Source of the DNA: a virus
Lineage: Duplodnaviria > Caudoviricetes
IMG/VR virus record: IMGVR_UViG_3300014203_000016
Span: 1 to 64,000 of that record
DNA length: 64,000 bases
Strand: one strand, 5' to 3'
The notes under the pieces were generated by a model. It was not told the DNA's origin, did not search any database, and saw nothing but the letters and a program-made list of their open reading frames with translations. The position numbers and the translations under genes were made by a program. Positions 20,261 to 29,648 of the stretch are shown here, piece after piece. Position 1 is the first letter of the stretch. The number at the start of each line of letters is the position of its first letter.

Positions 20261-20877
20261 TTGCTCCACGGCCCTTCATAATAGCCTGCTTCATAGGTGT
20301 AAGGCGGTTTTTCGGCTAAGTCCAAATGGACATAACCTTCCCCGGCAAGGAAATCCCCGCCGGGCAGGATGGTCGGGATGCCCGCTAGATAGGCCGCATT
20401 CATGATGCGAGTGGCTTGTTCAGCTGTCGCTTGGATGTCCAAGGCGATGCCGACGCTGTGCGCCTGGACACCGATATCCCAATGGGAACGGAAGCCGTTG
20501 ATGACAACGAGTTCGCCTTTCCCGTAATAATGCAACAGAATCGGCACGACCCGGCGCATCTCTTCGGTGTAAAAATTCAAGCTGTTGTTCCGGTCGACAT
20601 GCGTGATTCTCCGGCTCGTCAACGGGCCGTACTGACGGTAGTTAGTAGTGACCGCTTCGTCCTGCAAGGCATTCAGGTAGCCCTTGCGCCCGACTTCCGG
20701 CGGGATGTATTTGTCTTGGTAGAATTTCCCGCGCGGGGCATAGGTGACCGTTTGGGCAGCCGGACTTTCGCTATGGCTGGAATTGGCCTGGGCCGGGGCA
20801 GCCCAAAGCATATCAAACTCATATTCCGGTATCTGTTCCCCATTGACCGTCATTTGAGGGGTCTCTTCAATAGCCAT
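20257..20877 (-). CDS. Peptidase M15-like zinc peptidase (206 aa)
   Basis: INGFRS...AHSVGIALDI...YVHLD gives the H, D, H zinc ligands of the M15 fold. Confidence 0.75.
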   Translation of the reverse strand: MAIEETPQMTVNGEQIPEYEFDMLWAAPAQANSSHSESPAAQTVTYAPRGKFYQDKYIPPEVGRKGYLNALQDEAVTTNYRQYGPLTSRRITHVDRNNSLNFYTEEMRRVVPILLHYYGKGELVVINGFRSHWDIGVQAHSVGIALDIQATAEQATRIMNAAYLAGIPTILPGGDFLAGEGYVHLDLAEKPPYTYEAGYYEGPWSK

Positions 20878-20895
20878 TCTTCTTCCTCCAATCTA

Positions 20896-22032
20896 TTAGA
20901 ATTTGACATAATCTCTTGGGTTCGTGCGGACATCATTGATTTTCACTTCGAAATGCAGATGCACGCCGAAGGAATTCCCGGTGTTTCCGATGACGCCGAT
21001 GCTCTGTCCTTGCGCCACTTTGTTTCCGGCCGATACCGCCATCGATGCCAGATGGGCATACAGCGTTTTGATATTTTTTCCGCCAATACTGCCGTGGTCG
21101 AGGACGATATAGTTCCCGTAGCTTTCGTGCCAACTGGCGGAAACGACAGTACCGGAAGCGGCGGCCAGTGCGCCACCCGTTGTTGCGATGTCGATGCCGA
21201 GGTGGTTGTCTGCAACACCATTCAGGGTCCGAGGGCCGTATTCGGAGGAAACCGAACCGCCACTGCAAGGCCGCACCAAGCCGGAACTCGAAGAAGCACT
21301 GGATGAAAAAGTGGCATCCTTGAACTGGTCGTAATATTTCTGAGCCGAAGCTTGGCGCACACTCATGGCGGCGGCCGGTTCCGGAGCGGGGTCTTCCATC
21401 GCCCAGCAGAAGACGAAGGTGGCGCCCTTGATGTCGGTGATGGCTTTGAAGGAACTCCAGATGTCGTTTCCGACGCTCAATCCGTAGTTGCGCATTTCCA
21501 CGCCGATTTGGGTCACATAGTAAGGTTGCTCCATTTCCGAACAAAGGAATTTCAGTTGCCCTTCCACGCTGGAAAGTTCATAGCCGTTGGCCGGCAACCA
21601 AGCTTCAATCGCTGTCCGGCGCGAGAACGACCACTGGAACAAACCAAACCCGATGTTGTTGCCGTACTCGACAATCATCGGGTCCCACGTGCCTGCCGAT
21701 TCGCGTTCGATGTTTCCCATGATGCCGGCTGTCAATTCTTTCGAAAAGCCGTAACTCGTGAAAAAAGTCCACGCCTGCTCCTGAACCGTATCGCCGGACG
21801 CAGTGCCCGTTCCAGCTGCCCCGGAAGCCGTGTTGGTGGCACTGGCCGCCTTCTTTTTGTCGACATCCTCTTTCCATTGCGCTTCGGCTATCATCGCAAT
21901 CTGTTTTTCTTTGGATATGTACAATTCATTGAATTTTTTTTGGTTGTCCTGCAAATCTTTGGCATCCAAAACTTCTTCTTTGTATTCGTTGAATTTCTTG
22001 CTGACGAAATCCGTCACGCTTGTCCACGACAT
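20896..22032 (-). CDS. Virion peptidoglycan hydrolase: phage tail lysozyme domain plus M23 peptidase (378 aa)
   Basis: Start ATG 22032 with SD. AGIMGNIERES...GFGLFQWS (tail lysozyme); HLGID and HLH (M23). Confidence 0.9.
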   Translation of the reverse strand: MSWTSVTDFVSKKFNEYKEEVLDAKDLQDNQKKFNELYISKEKQIAMIAEAQWKEDVDKKKAASATNTASGAAGTGTASGDTVQEQAWTFFTSYGFSKELTAGIMGNIERESAGTWDPMIVEYGNNIGFGLFQWSFSRRTAIEAWLPANGYELSSVEGQLKFLCSEMEQPYYVTQIGVEMRNYGLSVGNDIWSSFKAITDIKGATFVFCWAMEDPAPEPAAAMSVRQASAQKYYDQFKDATFSSSASSSSGLVRPCSGGSVSSEYGPRTLNGVADNHLGIDIATTGGALAAASGTVVSASWHESYGNYIVLDHGSIGGKNIKTLYAHLASMAVSAGNKVAQGQSIGVIGNTGNSFGVHLHFEVKINDVRTNPRDYVKF

Positions 22033-22062
22033 AGGGTCACCTTCCTTGTTTATTCTCTCGTT

Positions 22063-22074
22063 TAGTTGTAACCA
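22063..22074 (-). promoter_or_regulatory. Candidate phage late-promoter motif TGGTTACAACTA (copy 2)
   Basis: Identical to 9935-9946; lies between the terminator and the SD of the hydrolase gene. Confidence 0.4.
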
Positions 22075-22084
22075 TAGACGCACC

Positions 22085-22117
22085 AAAAAACAAGAGGAAC
22101 CCGTTAGGGTCCCTCTT
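22085..22117 (-). terminator. Intrinsic terminator
   Basis: AAGAGGGACCC-TAAC-GGGTTCCTCTT followed by GTTTTTT, after the stop at 22125. Confidence 0.85.
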
Positions 22118-22124
22118 TCGGTTC

Positions 22125-25100
22125 TTATTCGGTTTCGGCTTTTTCGGCAGCCTCGGTCGCTTGCGCTTCGGCTTGAGCATCCGTCAAATCATCTGCCAGG
22201 TTTTCACCTTCCATTTGATTCAACAGCTTCGGCACGAAGACCCACCAAGAGTCGTTGCCTTCATCGGCATCTCCGAATTCGGCGTCGTAGATACGGTCAG
22301 CCAAACTCGGGTCATCGCCCCACACACCTCCCCGATGCCCGTTCATTCCGGAAACCCAAGCGCTACCTTTGTACTGTAACGGCACGACTTTGACGCATTC
22401 CGAATTCTGTTTCCTTCGGGTCCACATCTCTATCAGTCCGGAAGTTAGCACTTCAAGCGCCACATCGGCAATGACCGTCCAGAACAAGGCGGAACTGGCT
22501 ACCGTCAAGAAGAGTTTCCCGCCGGTCTTCAGGATTTTGCTCGCCCCTTTGCCTACCGTTCCGGCGGTGTCGACCATCCGGGCCAGATTGCCGGTGTTGC
22601 GGACAACTTTCCATTCATCCTTCAAGGTATCGAGTTCATCCGAGTGTGTAAACAGTTGGTCCCACATTTCGAAATCGTCGAAGTTCTTAATCGAACGTTT
22701 GGCGACTTTCGTTTCGTCGAAGGCTTCCGTCACAAAGTTGGAATATTTCGAATACTTCAATTGTCGCTTGTTCGCTTTATATGTCTTGCGTGCATCCCGC
22801 AGGCTGTTCTTCGTCTTCTTGATGTCGGCGATGATGTCATCGATGTCCGAATCCAAGAGACTATTCGGGTCGAACGCTTCATGGTTGGCTTTTTCGTAAC
22901 GTGAGACCAACTCCAACAAGGAAGGGCTGTTCGTCAGTTCCCCCATCTTCCGGTAGTAGTTGATGTAGCCTTTTTTCAGGATGCCGCCCACGTACTTGTC
23001 CGCATACGGTTGGAACTTCACGGCCAAGGAGCCGAGTTCACTGTAGATATAGGACAGGACGTGTCCGCCGAACAAGTAGGAATTGCCCAGATTGATGGCG
23101 GATGCGGCCGCACGGAAGGATACGGTTTTGCCGACGGTGAAGATTTTGTCAGGCAAGAACAACAGCTCGGCATCGAAGTTGACGACGTAGGCATCCGGTT
23201 CGATGACCGTGATGAAGCCCGTATCCAAACTCATGCTCTGGTGCACCGCTTTGACCATGTGGACGCCCTGCATGTCCAGGACGGTATCTGACAAGTAACA
23301 ACTGTCGTATGGCTTGACGGTCGGGTCTCCCAAAACCGTGTAGCTGCCTTTGTACATGTCCTTCATGTAATCGCGCACGGTGGCCATGCCGTATTTCTCG
23401 GCTTGGGCTTCGACTGTCCAGTAGTTCTTTCCGAAGAATTGGCCGATGTTGCCATCCGTCCCGAAACGGGCAACCAGATTGGCTTCGACCATTGCGGTTT
23501 TTTGTCTGTCCAATTGGATGTCATTATCCGCCTGCATCGGTCCGGCGACGTGACCATCATAGGTGACAATGACGTTGTTATATACCCCTTCTTCCGAAGA
23601 GATGATGTCATTGGCGACGATATTGTAATCGGAAGTGTAGATGTGCGCCTGCATGAAGGTCTTTTTGTGCTCGCCGATGATTTCCTTGCGCCATTTCCCG
23701 GTGGCGGCATCATGCGTGTAGCGACTGTTGTATTTGTAGGTGACCGGCCAGTGCGGTTTGCCGAAGAAGAGCGAGGAGCGCATCTCGAAAGGCATGACGG
23801 CCGCGATGTAGTCGGTCGAACAAAGCGCGAACGTCTGGATGATGTCCCACGGTGTACTGCCGTACAGCTTGACGAGGATGTTGTCTTCGTCATACTTACT
23901 GGTCAGGTTTCCGCTTGGCAAGCCCCCGAACAAGCCCTGAATGGCCCCGACCGTCGTGCCGTCAGGCTTCATCCATTGTTCCTTCGTGAACTGACCGTTT
24001 TGGGAATAGACGTTCTGCATCGATTCGCCGTAACTGGAACTGAACGGATTGACCGTGCCGGAAGGCGCTTCGATGGTGGAACCGAAGTGGGCGATGCCCA
24101 ACGGATTTTCCTTGAAGAATTGGCCGTCGCTGGTCGCGTTAATCCAGTTCTTCATCCAGTTGCCTTTGGATGTCAACAGCTTGCCGATGTAATCGGAAGG
24201 CTCGATGATTTTCATGAACTCTTTGTTTTTGTCGTTCTCGCTACCGGAAATGACATTGGACAGTTCCAAGCCATCGCCTTGGGCGGTGATTTCAACCACG
24301 TCCCCGGCGGAGACTTCGGTGATGACCCCGTTGAAGACGACCGGCAAGTAGCGGGCATCGGAACCGTAACCCATGCGCAAATGGATGCGCGCGCCGGTTT
24401 CCAGCATCATCGTTTTGAAAATCAGTTGGCGTTCCTTCAACAAATCCTCGGTTGGGGTATCGAAGACATATTGCTCCCAGAATTGGGAAGAGAAGAAGCT
24501 CGGCAAAATCAAATCCGGATACTCCATGTCTTTGCGTTTCGAGGTCAACCCGCCGTACATGTTGGACATGGCAATGACGGCTGTGTCTCCAGCAATCTTG
24601 CGCGATTTGTAGACATCGATGCTCTGCAATGCGTTGAAGCCGTAGAAATTATCCCAGGTGCGGAAGTTGTCGTACCATTTGCCCTCGTCCACGATTTGCA
24701 TCGAGAAGGTCGGGAAGGCGCGCAGCATCCGGCCGGTCTGGTCGTATTGATACATATCGACGAACATGCCTTTCAGCTTCTGTTCCGGCGTCCAATTCTC
24801 GACATTGTTGTGGATTTGTTCTACGTCTTTCGCGTAGTTGGCATCCATCTGCTCTTGCTTGCCTTCCGTGATGACGCCTGTTTCCACGTATTCGCCTTCA
24901 GCCGGGTCGTAGCTTTGGGCGTAGGAAGATTTGGTCGCATTGTAGAAATCATAAATTTCGCGGATGATGGTGCTGTTGCGGCCCATATATAAACCGGGCG
25001 CAATGTCTTCGGTCGCCATCGCCCGTTCCCGTTCGCGCGTCGTCATGACGGCCTGGAAATAGATGGAACTGTCCGGGGTAATCGGGCCGTTCTGGAAACC

Positions 25101-28100
25101 ATCCTTCAGGTCAACGGAGGCAATCAGTTTATCCGTCAGCTTCGTGTCTTTTTTGATGTCAAGAATTTTCGGCAAGGTCGCACCCGAATTGGCCACGACT
25201 GCCCAATCCAAACGGCGGGCGAAGATTTCCCGGAAACCGGAAACTTCGGCCTTCTTGAAGACTTTGGCGATTTGGTTCACGGTTGTTTTCACATTGTAGA
25301 ACCAATCCCAAATCAGACGTTGGGCTTCCGAAGCGTCCTTGGCTTCGGTCAAACGGGCGCCCATCAAGCCGGCTTTTGTCGGCAACATTTGGTTCTTATT
25401 TGTGTCGTAGACAAAGGCTTCCCCGTTTCCGAATTGCTGCCAACCGGATTCGGTTTGGATGATGGCTTTCATATAGGAGAAGATGCGGTGGAAAGGCATC
25501 GGTTTTTCGTCCGAGAAAGCATCGAGAAGGGCTTCGGCACCACCGAAATAGCCGCCGTCCGCAAACGCATCCGGAACCTTGCCGTTCTCGAGTAATTTGC
25601 CCGCGCCTATCGTTCCGGTCATCATCGCGTATATCTTTTGGTAATAATCTTCCGCATTGGCCCAAACCAAGCGGCCCAAAGCGAAGTCCATTTCGTACTG
25701 CGAACTCAAGGAAGCATTGGTCGCAACCAGTTCTTTTTGCTTCAAAGACTCCTCTTCGTTCTCTGCATACTCGATATTGCAATCGGCGAAAGCGGTCATG
25801 ATGCAGTCGGCCAAATACCACCAGACTTTGACATCATTCAACGGCGAACCGAGCTGGGCTTTCCACTTGTCGTAGTCGTCGCGGTCGCGGTCTTTTCCGT
25901 GCCACGATTGCCACGTCAGGAAGCTCGGCGGGTTCTTGTAGCTGCCGGAAGAAAGATATTCGATGATTTCGGCGTTTTCGTATTCTCCCGGCTGGACCGG
26001 TTTCAGCGTGACAGCCGTTACGCTTTCGGACGCATCCTTGGTTTCATCCGAGAAGCCGTCATCCCAAAACAAGGTTGGGTCGATGTATTCCGTTTCGGCG
26101 GCCTCAGCTTCAAAGCGGGTCTGGTCGGTCGACGACATCTTCAACGGGTTCTTTTCTGCTAGATTAGATTCTGCCACATAGCCAGAAGCGTCTTCCCAAC
26201 GGAAAAGCATACCTTTGCTATCATCCACCACGTCTTTTAGGTATTTGCGATATGTGTCCTTTGTGGAGATGTAGAAATCCGGGTCCAAAAAGACTTGGTC
26301 GCTTCGGTTTTCCCATTCCTTCATGCGGGCATTGATATGAGGTAAAACCGCATTCAATTCTGATACTTTTGGCATGTCCAAATCCGGATACAATTCCATC
26401 TGACGCATTCGTTCGTGCACATATACAGAATCAATACTTGGGTCGTATTTGTCATAAGCACGGTCCCGCAGGCTGTCTGTTATGTCTCCGCCCGTATATC
26501 CATATAGAGATTCTTGGCGACGCTGTGTCTTATCGAACGCGGATAGCGTTATTGTTACAATTTTCCGGTCAGGGAATCCGGCAACAGTATTGTACTGCAC
26601 CGCTTGTGGTAAAACATTGGTAATCCCAAACAAGTTTACCAATGGATTGTCGATGCCGAGAAAGCCACTAACCAAACCTTCCCTGTATTCTTTGGCGAAA
26701 CGTCCGACCTTTCGAAACATCGCTTCGGTTGCTTGGACACCAGCATCGGTTGTCTCAAAAGTGATTTGCAATTGGGGGTCTTGTGAGCCAAAATATTGCA
26801 TTGTTGGCGTTGTCGCAGATTGAATTTGCACCGTAGAAAAATTATTTTCCAACTCGACACTCATATCCAACGGAATCAAATCGGGTATAAATACTTTATC
26901 CATCTTCATGTTTTCTTCTGTGCGATTGATTTCGGCTGCTAACCCATTGTAAATGCTCGTATAGTTCGCCACTTTATTTTCGAATGCATTCGCCAATTCG
27001 GCAATCTTCTTCAATTTGGTCAAGTATTGGCCGGCGCCAGCATCCGTTGCAGGGATTAAGAAAAGTTCGGAATCCGGGTCGTCGCCATTCGTGTCTCCGC
27101 CATATGCTTTTGCTTTTGTATCTTTAAATGTCTTTTTGTTTTCTTCGGCCTCAAGGTAAAGCTGGAAAAAACCAGGTGCGTTAGAATCCATCACTACGTC
27201 GACAATATCCGTGCGGTTGTTTTTGCGCAACTTTTCAAAGAAAGGCCCAACATCGTTCGAGAAACTATACAGTGTAAAGAAGGCGTTAGCCGGAGTCTTC
27301 ACGGCATCGGCAAAGATTCCCATCAGGAAGAAAGGCATGTCGACGGACCGGCCGTCTTTCGTCGCGCTTTCTCCATACATCTTGACGGCGAATTCCCGTC
27401 CGATTTTGTTTTCTGTGTTGTTTTCAATACTGACGCCGCCACCAGCCATAATAGGAATTTCATAAGCGTGGTCGTATTTTTCAAGTGCGTCGTATTTTTC
27501 CAAGATTCCTCCGCGTTGTAACTCTAAAAGGAAGCGGTGGTATTGTTTCAAAACGGCTTGTGCGCGCAAAGCATCTTGATACTTGCGTCCATCTTCCGTA
27601 TCATCGGCCAATAAATCCTGTTCGAATTCGTAAGGCGTTTGCTTGCTTCGGAATTCATGAATATTATCCTTACGAGCTTTCAGTTGCTCTTCGTTCACGA
27701 TTGAGAAAGAGAAGCTGTTATCTAATCGGTCAATTTTTGGCAAATAGGTACGCCAAGGCTCATGCAAAAATGGTTCATGTAGGCTTCTTTGATAATGCCA
27801 ACGCAGTAGTGGATAATTGATTTTTTGAGCCAAGCTTACTTGTCCCATCAAATACGGACCGCAATCAAATTCTTCAACGACCAAAGTAACCTTCATTGCT
27901 CCAGGAAAACCAGGTACTGTTGCTGCCTGCATGCTGCGCAAAGCAACGTTGTGGATGCCAAGAACGCTATTGATGTATTCATTATCGATTGGCAAAAACG
28001 GTGCTTTTTTGAATTGAGCCAACAATGGGCGCAAGCCATCCATGTAATAATAGACAGTTTCGTTCTCTCCGGTTACGTAACCAATCGTTTTTGTTCCGTT

Positions 28101-29207
28101 GACGCTTTCCAAGTCGTGGTAATACAAGTCCATACTGAGAATATTCCGGACATTCCCGACTTGTTTTTGCAACGAGCTTTTTGCACGCATAGTAGACACT
28201 TTTTGATTTTGGAACTGCTTATCCAAACGAATCGATAGCGGCGGGATGGTAATGAAGACATCTCCGATACGCACACGGTTCTGATAGTCCCAGGGCAATT
28301 CTTCTCCCATGTCTGCGGTAGGTGCATAAATCGTTCCATTTGAGATGCGGTCATCTACCGGTGGGACAAAGGCTAGGTCGTTGTTCAAATAGCCGACCTG
28401 TGAAACATCTTCTCGAATATGTCCTTTATCTTGGTAATCACTTTTGTATTCTTTCACGGCTTGTTCTATTTCTGCATCTATTGGCAAACGGTCTGGCGTG
28501 ATACCGTCACTAGGCGATTTGACAATTTCTTCCATCGGCGGAACGCTCAATCCTAATTCGGCGCCCCAATCCGCAATCCGGATGCCGTCATTTTTAGAAG
28601 CATATTCATAACCTGTAAATTCAGCCAAAGGAACCATAATAGAACCCGTATAGTCTTTTTGTGTTTGGATATAATTCGAATACATAGGTTTCAACAATTC
28701 TTTATTAATGTTGATTGCCTTAAAGTATCCATCTTTTGCAGCCTGCGCTGCTTCTTCCCAGGTTGTGTAGTCCGTTGCGTAAACGACGCCTAAAAGTCGC
28801 CCGAAGTAATCGGCTGTCGGCTTCATCGTTGCGACATCATATTGCAGACTGACCGCAATAATGCGCTTCGATTCCAACAGAGTATCATTCAGATGTTTGG
28901 CTTCGATTGCGGCTTCATTGAGGATGTCCATGTCGACGCCATAGCACTTCGCGCGGTTCCAGTTGCGCCATTTATCCCCGACACTTTCGAAAGTATCCAC
29001 GCCCAAATAGCGTAATCTGACATGTTGGTCGCCGATGATGGATTGTTCCCCGATTTTTTCCGGGACGGGGTAATTGCCTTCCGGCCAAGCGTAACCGATG
29101 ACGTACCCATCAAGGGTATCGCCGTCGATGGCGTAGGAGCTTTGAGAGTCGAAGAATAGCCAGAATTTATGTTCACTTTCAACTACGGTGTTTTCTACAA
29201 TCGGCAT
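22125..29207 (-). CDS. Giant baseplate hub-like protein with an N-terminal thermonuclease (SNase) domain and an internal lytic transglycosylase-like motif (2360 aa)
   Basis: IDGDTL...RLRYLGVDTFE...DYFGRLLGVVY...NINKELLK (SNase). KAIIQTESGW...GLMG (SLT-like). C-terminal YKGSYTVLGDPTVKPYD...VKAVHQSMSLDTGFITVI is hub-like. Confidence 0.75.
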   Translation of the reverse strand: MPIVENTVVESEHKFWLFFDSQSSYAIDGDTLDGYVIGYAWPEGNYPVPEKIGEQSIIGDQHVRLRYLGVDTFESVGDKWRNWNRAKCYGVDMDILNEAAIEAKHLNDTLLESKRIIAVSLQYDVATMKPTADYFGRLLGVVYATDYTTWEEAAQAAKDGYFKAININKELLKPMYSNYIQTQKDYTGSIMVPLAEFTGYEYASKNDGIRIADWGAELGLSVPPMEEIVKSPSDGITPDRLPIDAEIEQAVKEYKSDYQDKGHIREDVSQVGYLNNDLAFVPPVDDRISNGTIYAPTADMGEELPWDYQNRVRIGDVFITIPPLSIRLDKQFQNQKVSTMRAKSSLQKQVGNVRNILSMDLYYHDLESVNGTKTIGYVTGENETVYYYMDGLRPLLAQFKKAPFLPIDNEYINSVLGIHNVALRSMQAATVPGFPGAMKVTLVVEEFDCGPYLMGQVSLAQKINYPLLRWHYQRSLHEPFLHEPWRTYLPKIDRLDNSFSFSIVNEEQLKARKDNIHEFRSKQTPYEFEQDLLADDTEDGRKYQDALRAQAVLKQYHRFLLELQRGGILEKYDALEKYDHAYEIPIMAGGGVSIENNTENKIGREFAVKMYGESATKDGRSVDMPFFLMGIFADAVKTPANAFFTLYSFSNDVGPFFEKLRKNNRTDIVDVVMDSNAPGFFQLYLEAEENKKTFKDTKAKAYGGDTNGDDPDSELFLIPATDAGAGQYLTKLKKIAELANAFENKVANYTSIYNGLAAEINRTEENMKMDKVFIPDLIPLDMSVELENNFSTVQIQSATTPTMQYFGSQDPQLQITFETTDAGVQATEAMFRKVGRFAKEYREGLVSGFLGIDNPLVNLFGITNVLPQAVQYNTVAGFPDRKIVTITLSAFDKTQRRQESLYGYTGGDITDSLRDRAYDKYDPSIDSVYVHERMRQMELYPDLDMPKVSELNAVLPHINARMKEWENRSDQVFLDPDFYISTKDTYRKYLKDVVDDSKGMLFRWEDASGYVAESNLAEKNPLKMSSTDQTRFEAEAAETEYIDPTLFWDDGFSDETKDASESVTAVTLKPVQPGEYENAEIIEYLSSGSYKNPPSFLTWQSWHGKDRDRDDYDKWKAQLGSPLNDVKVWWYLADCIMTAFADCNIEYAENEEESLKQKELVATNASLSSQYEMDFALGRLVWANAEDYYQKIYAMMTGTIGAGKLLENGKVPDAFADGGYFGGAEALLDAFSDEKPMPFHRIFSYMKAIIQTESGWQQFGNGEAFVYDTNKNQMLPTKAGLMGARLTEAKDASEAQRLIWDWFYNVKTTVNQIAKVFKKAEVSGFREIFARRLDWAVVANSGATLPKILDIKKDTKLTDKLIASVDLKDGFQNGPITPDSSIYFQAVMTTRERERAMATEDIAPGLYMGRNSTIIREIYDFYNATKSSYAQSYDPAEGEYVETGVITEGKQEQMDANYAKDVEQIHNNVENWTPEQKLKGMFVDMYQYDQTGRMLRAFPTFSMQIVDEGKWYDNFRTWDNFYGFNALQSIDVYKSRKIAGDTAVIAMSNMYGGLTSKRKDMEYPDLILPSFFSSQFWEQYVFDTPTEDLLKERQLIFKTMMLETGARIHLRMGYGSDARYLPVVFNGVITEVSAGDVVEITAQGDGLELSNVISGSENDKNKEFMKIIEPSDYIGKLLTSKGNWMKNWINATSDGQFFKENPLGIAHFGSTIEAPSGTVNPFSSSYGESMQNVYSQNGQFTKEQWMKPDGTTVGAIQGLFGGLPSGNLTSKYDEDNILVKLYGSTPWDIIQTFALCSTDYIAAVMPFEMRSSLFFGKPHWPVTYKYNSRYTHDAATGKWRKEIIGEHKKTFMQAHIYTSDYNIVANDIISSEEGVYNNVIVTYDGHVAGPMQADNDIQLDRQKTAMVEANLVARFGTDGNIGQFFGKNYWTVEAQAEKYGMATVRDYMKDMYKGSYTVLGDPTVKPYDSCYLSDTVLDMQGVHMVKAVHQSMSLDTGFITVIEPDAYVVNFDAELLFLPDKIFTVGKTVSFRAAASAINLGNSYLFGGHVLSYIYSELGSLAVKFQPYADKYVGGILKKGYINYYRKMGELTNSPSLLELVSRYEKANHEAFDPNSLLDSDIDDIIADIKKTKNSLRDARKTYKANKRQLKYSKYSNFVTEAFDETKVAKRSIKNFDDFEMWDQLFTHSDELDTLKDEWKVVRNTGNLARMVDTAGTVGKGASKILKTGGKLFLTVASSALFWTVIADVALEVLTSGLIEMWTRRKQNSECVKVVPLQYKGSAWVSGMNGHRGGVWGDDPSLADRIYDAEFGDADEGNDSWWVFVPKLLNQMEGENLADDLTDAQAEAQATEAAEKAETE

Positions 29208-29210
29208 CTT

Positions 29211-29633
29211 TTATCCTCCATTCTCTATACGGGCATTTTCTTGCAGGGCTTGCGTAAAAAAGCGAGTCCCTGTATTGAAAAGGACGATTTCCTCTTGGAC
29301 GGCGATGGCCGAAGAAGTGAAGTTTTGATTGATATATTTGCGGGTTTGCAACGAAACGTCTGCATAAGCCGGCTTGTTATTCAAAAAGCGCACGAGCAAA
29401 TTGCGGTTTGCTTTCTCTCTTGTTTGGCGCATGTCATAACGGAATGGATATTGCAAAACCCTTTCGTCCATCTCGGCTATCAATTCGATTAAAAGAGGAC
29501 CCGCGGGAACATGTCCCCCGGGGCCAATAGTCGTTTCGATAATCAGGGACGAAGGGGCTTCCAATGTCACTATCCACGCGCTCTTTTCGGATTTCTTCGT
29601 AAGTGTCAGAATCAGCGTATCAGTCGTGTTCAT
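29211..29633 (-). CDS. Hypothetical protein (140 aa)
   Basis: SD AGGAGG; tightly packed between two giant genes; no family recognised. Confidence 0.65.
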   Translation of the reverse strand: MNTTDTLILTLTKKSEKSAWIVTLEAPSSLIIETTIGPGGHVPAGPLLIELIAEMDERVLQYPFRYDMRQTREKANRNLLVRFLNNKPAYADVSLQTRKYINQNFTSSAIAVQEEIVLFNTGTRFFTQALQENARIENGG

Positions 29634-29648
29634 GGAGTCCTCCTTGGT

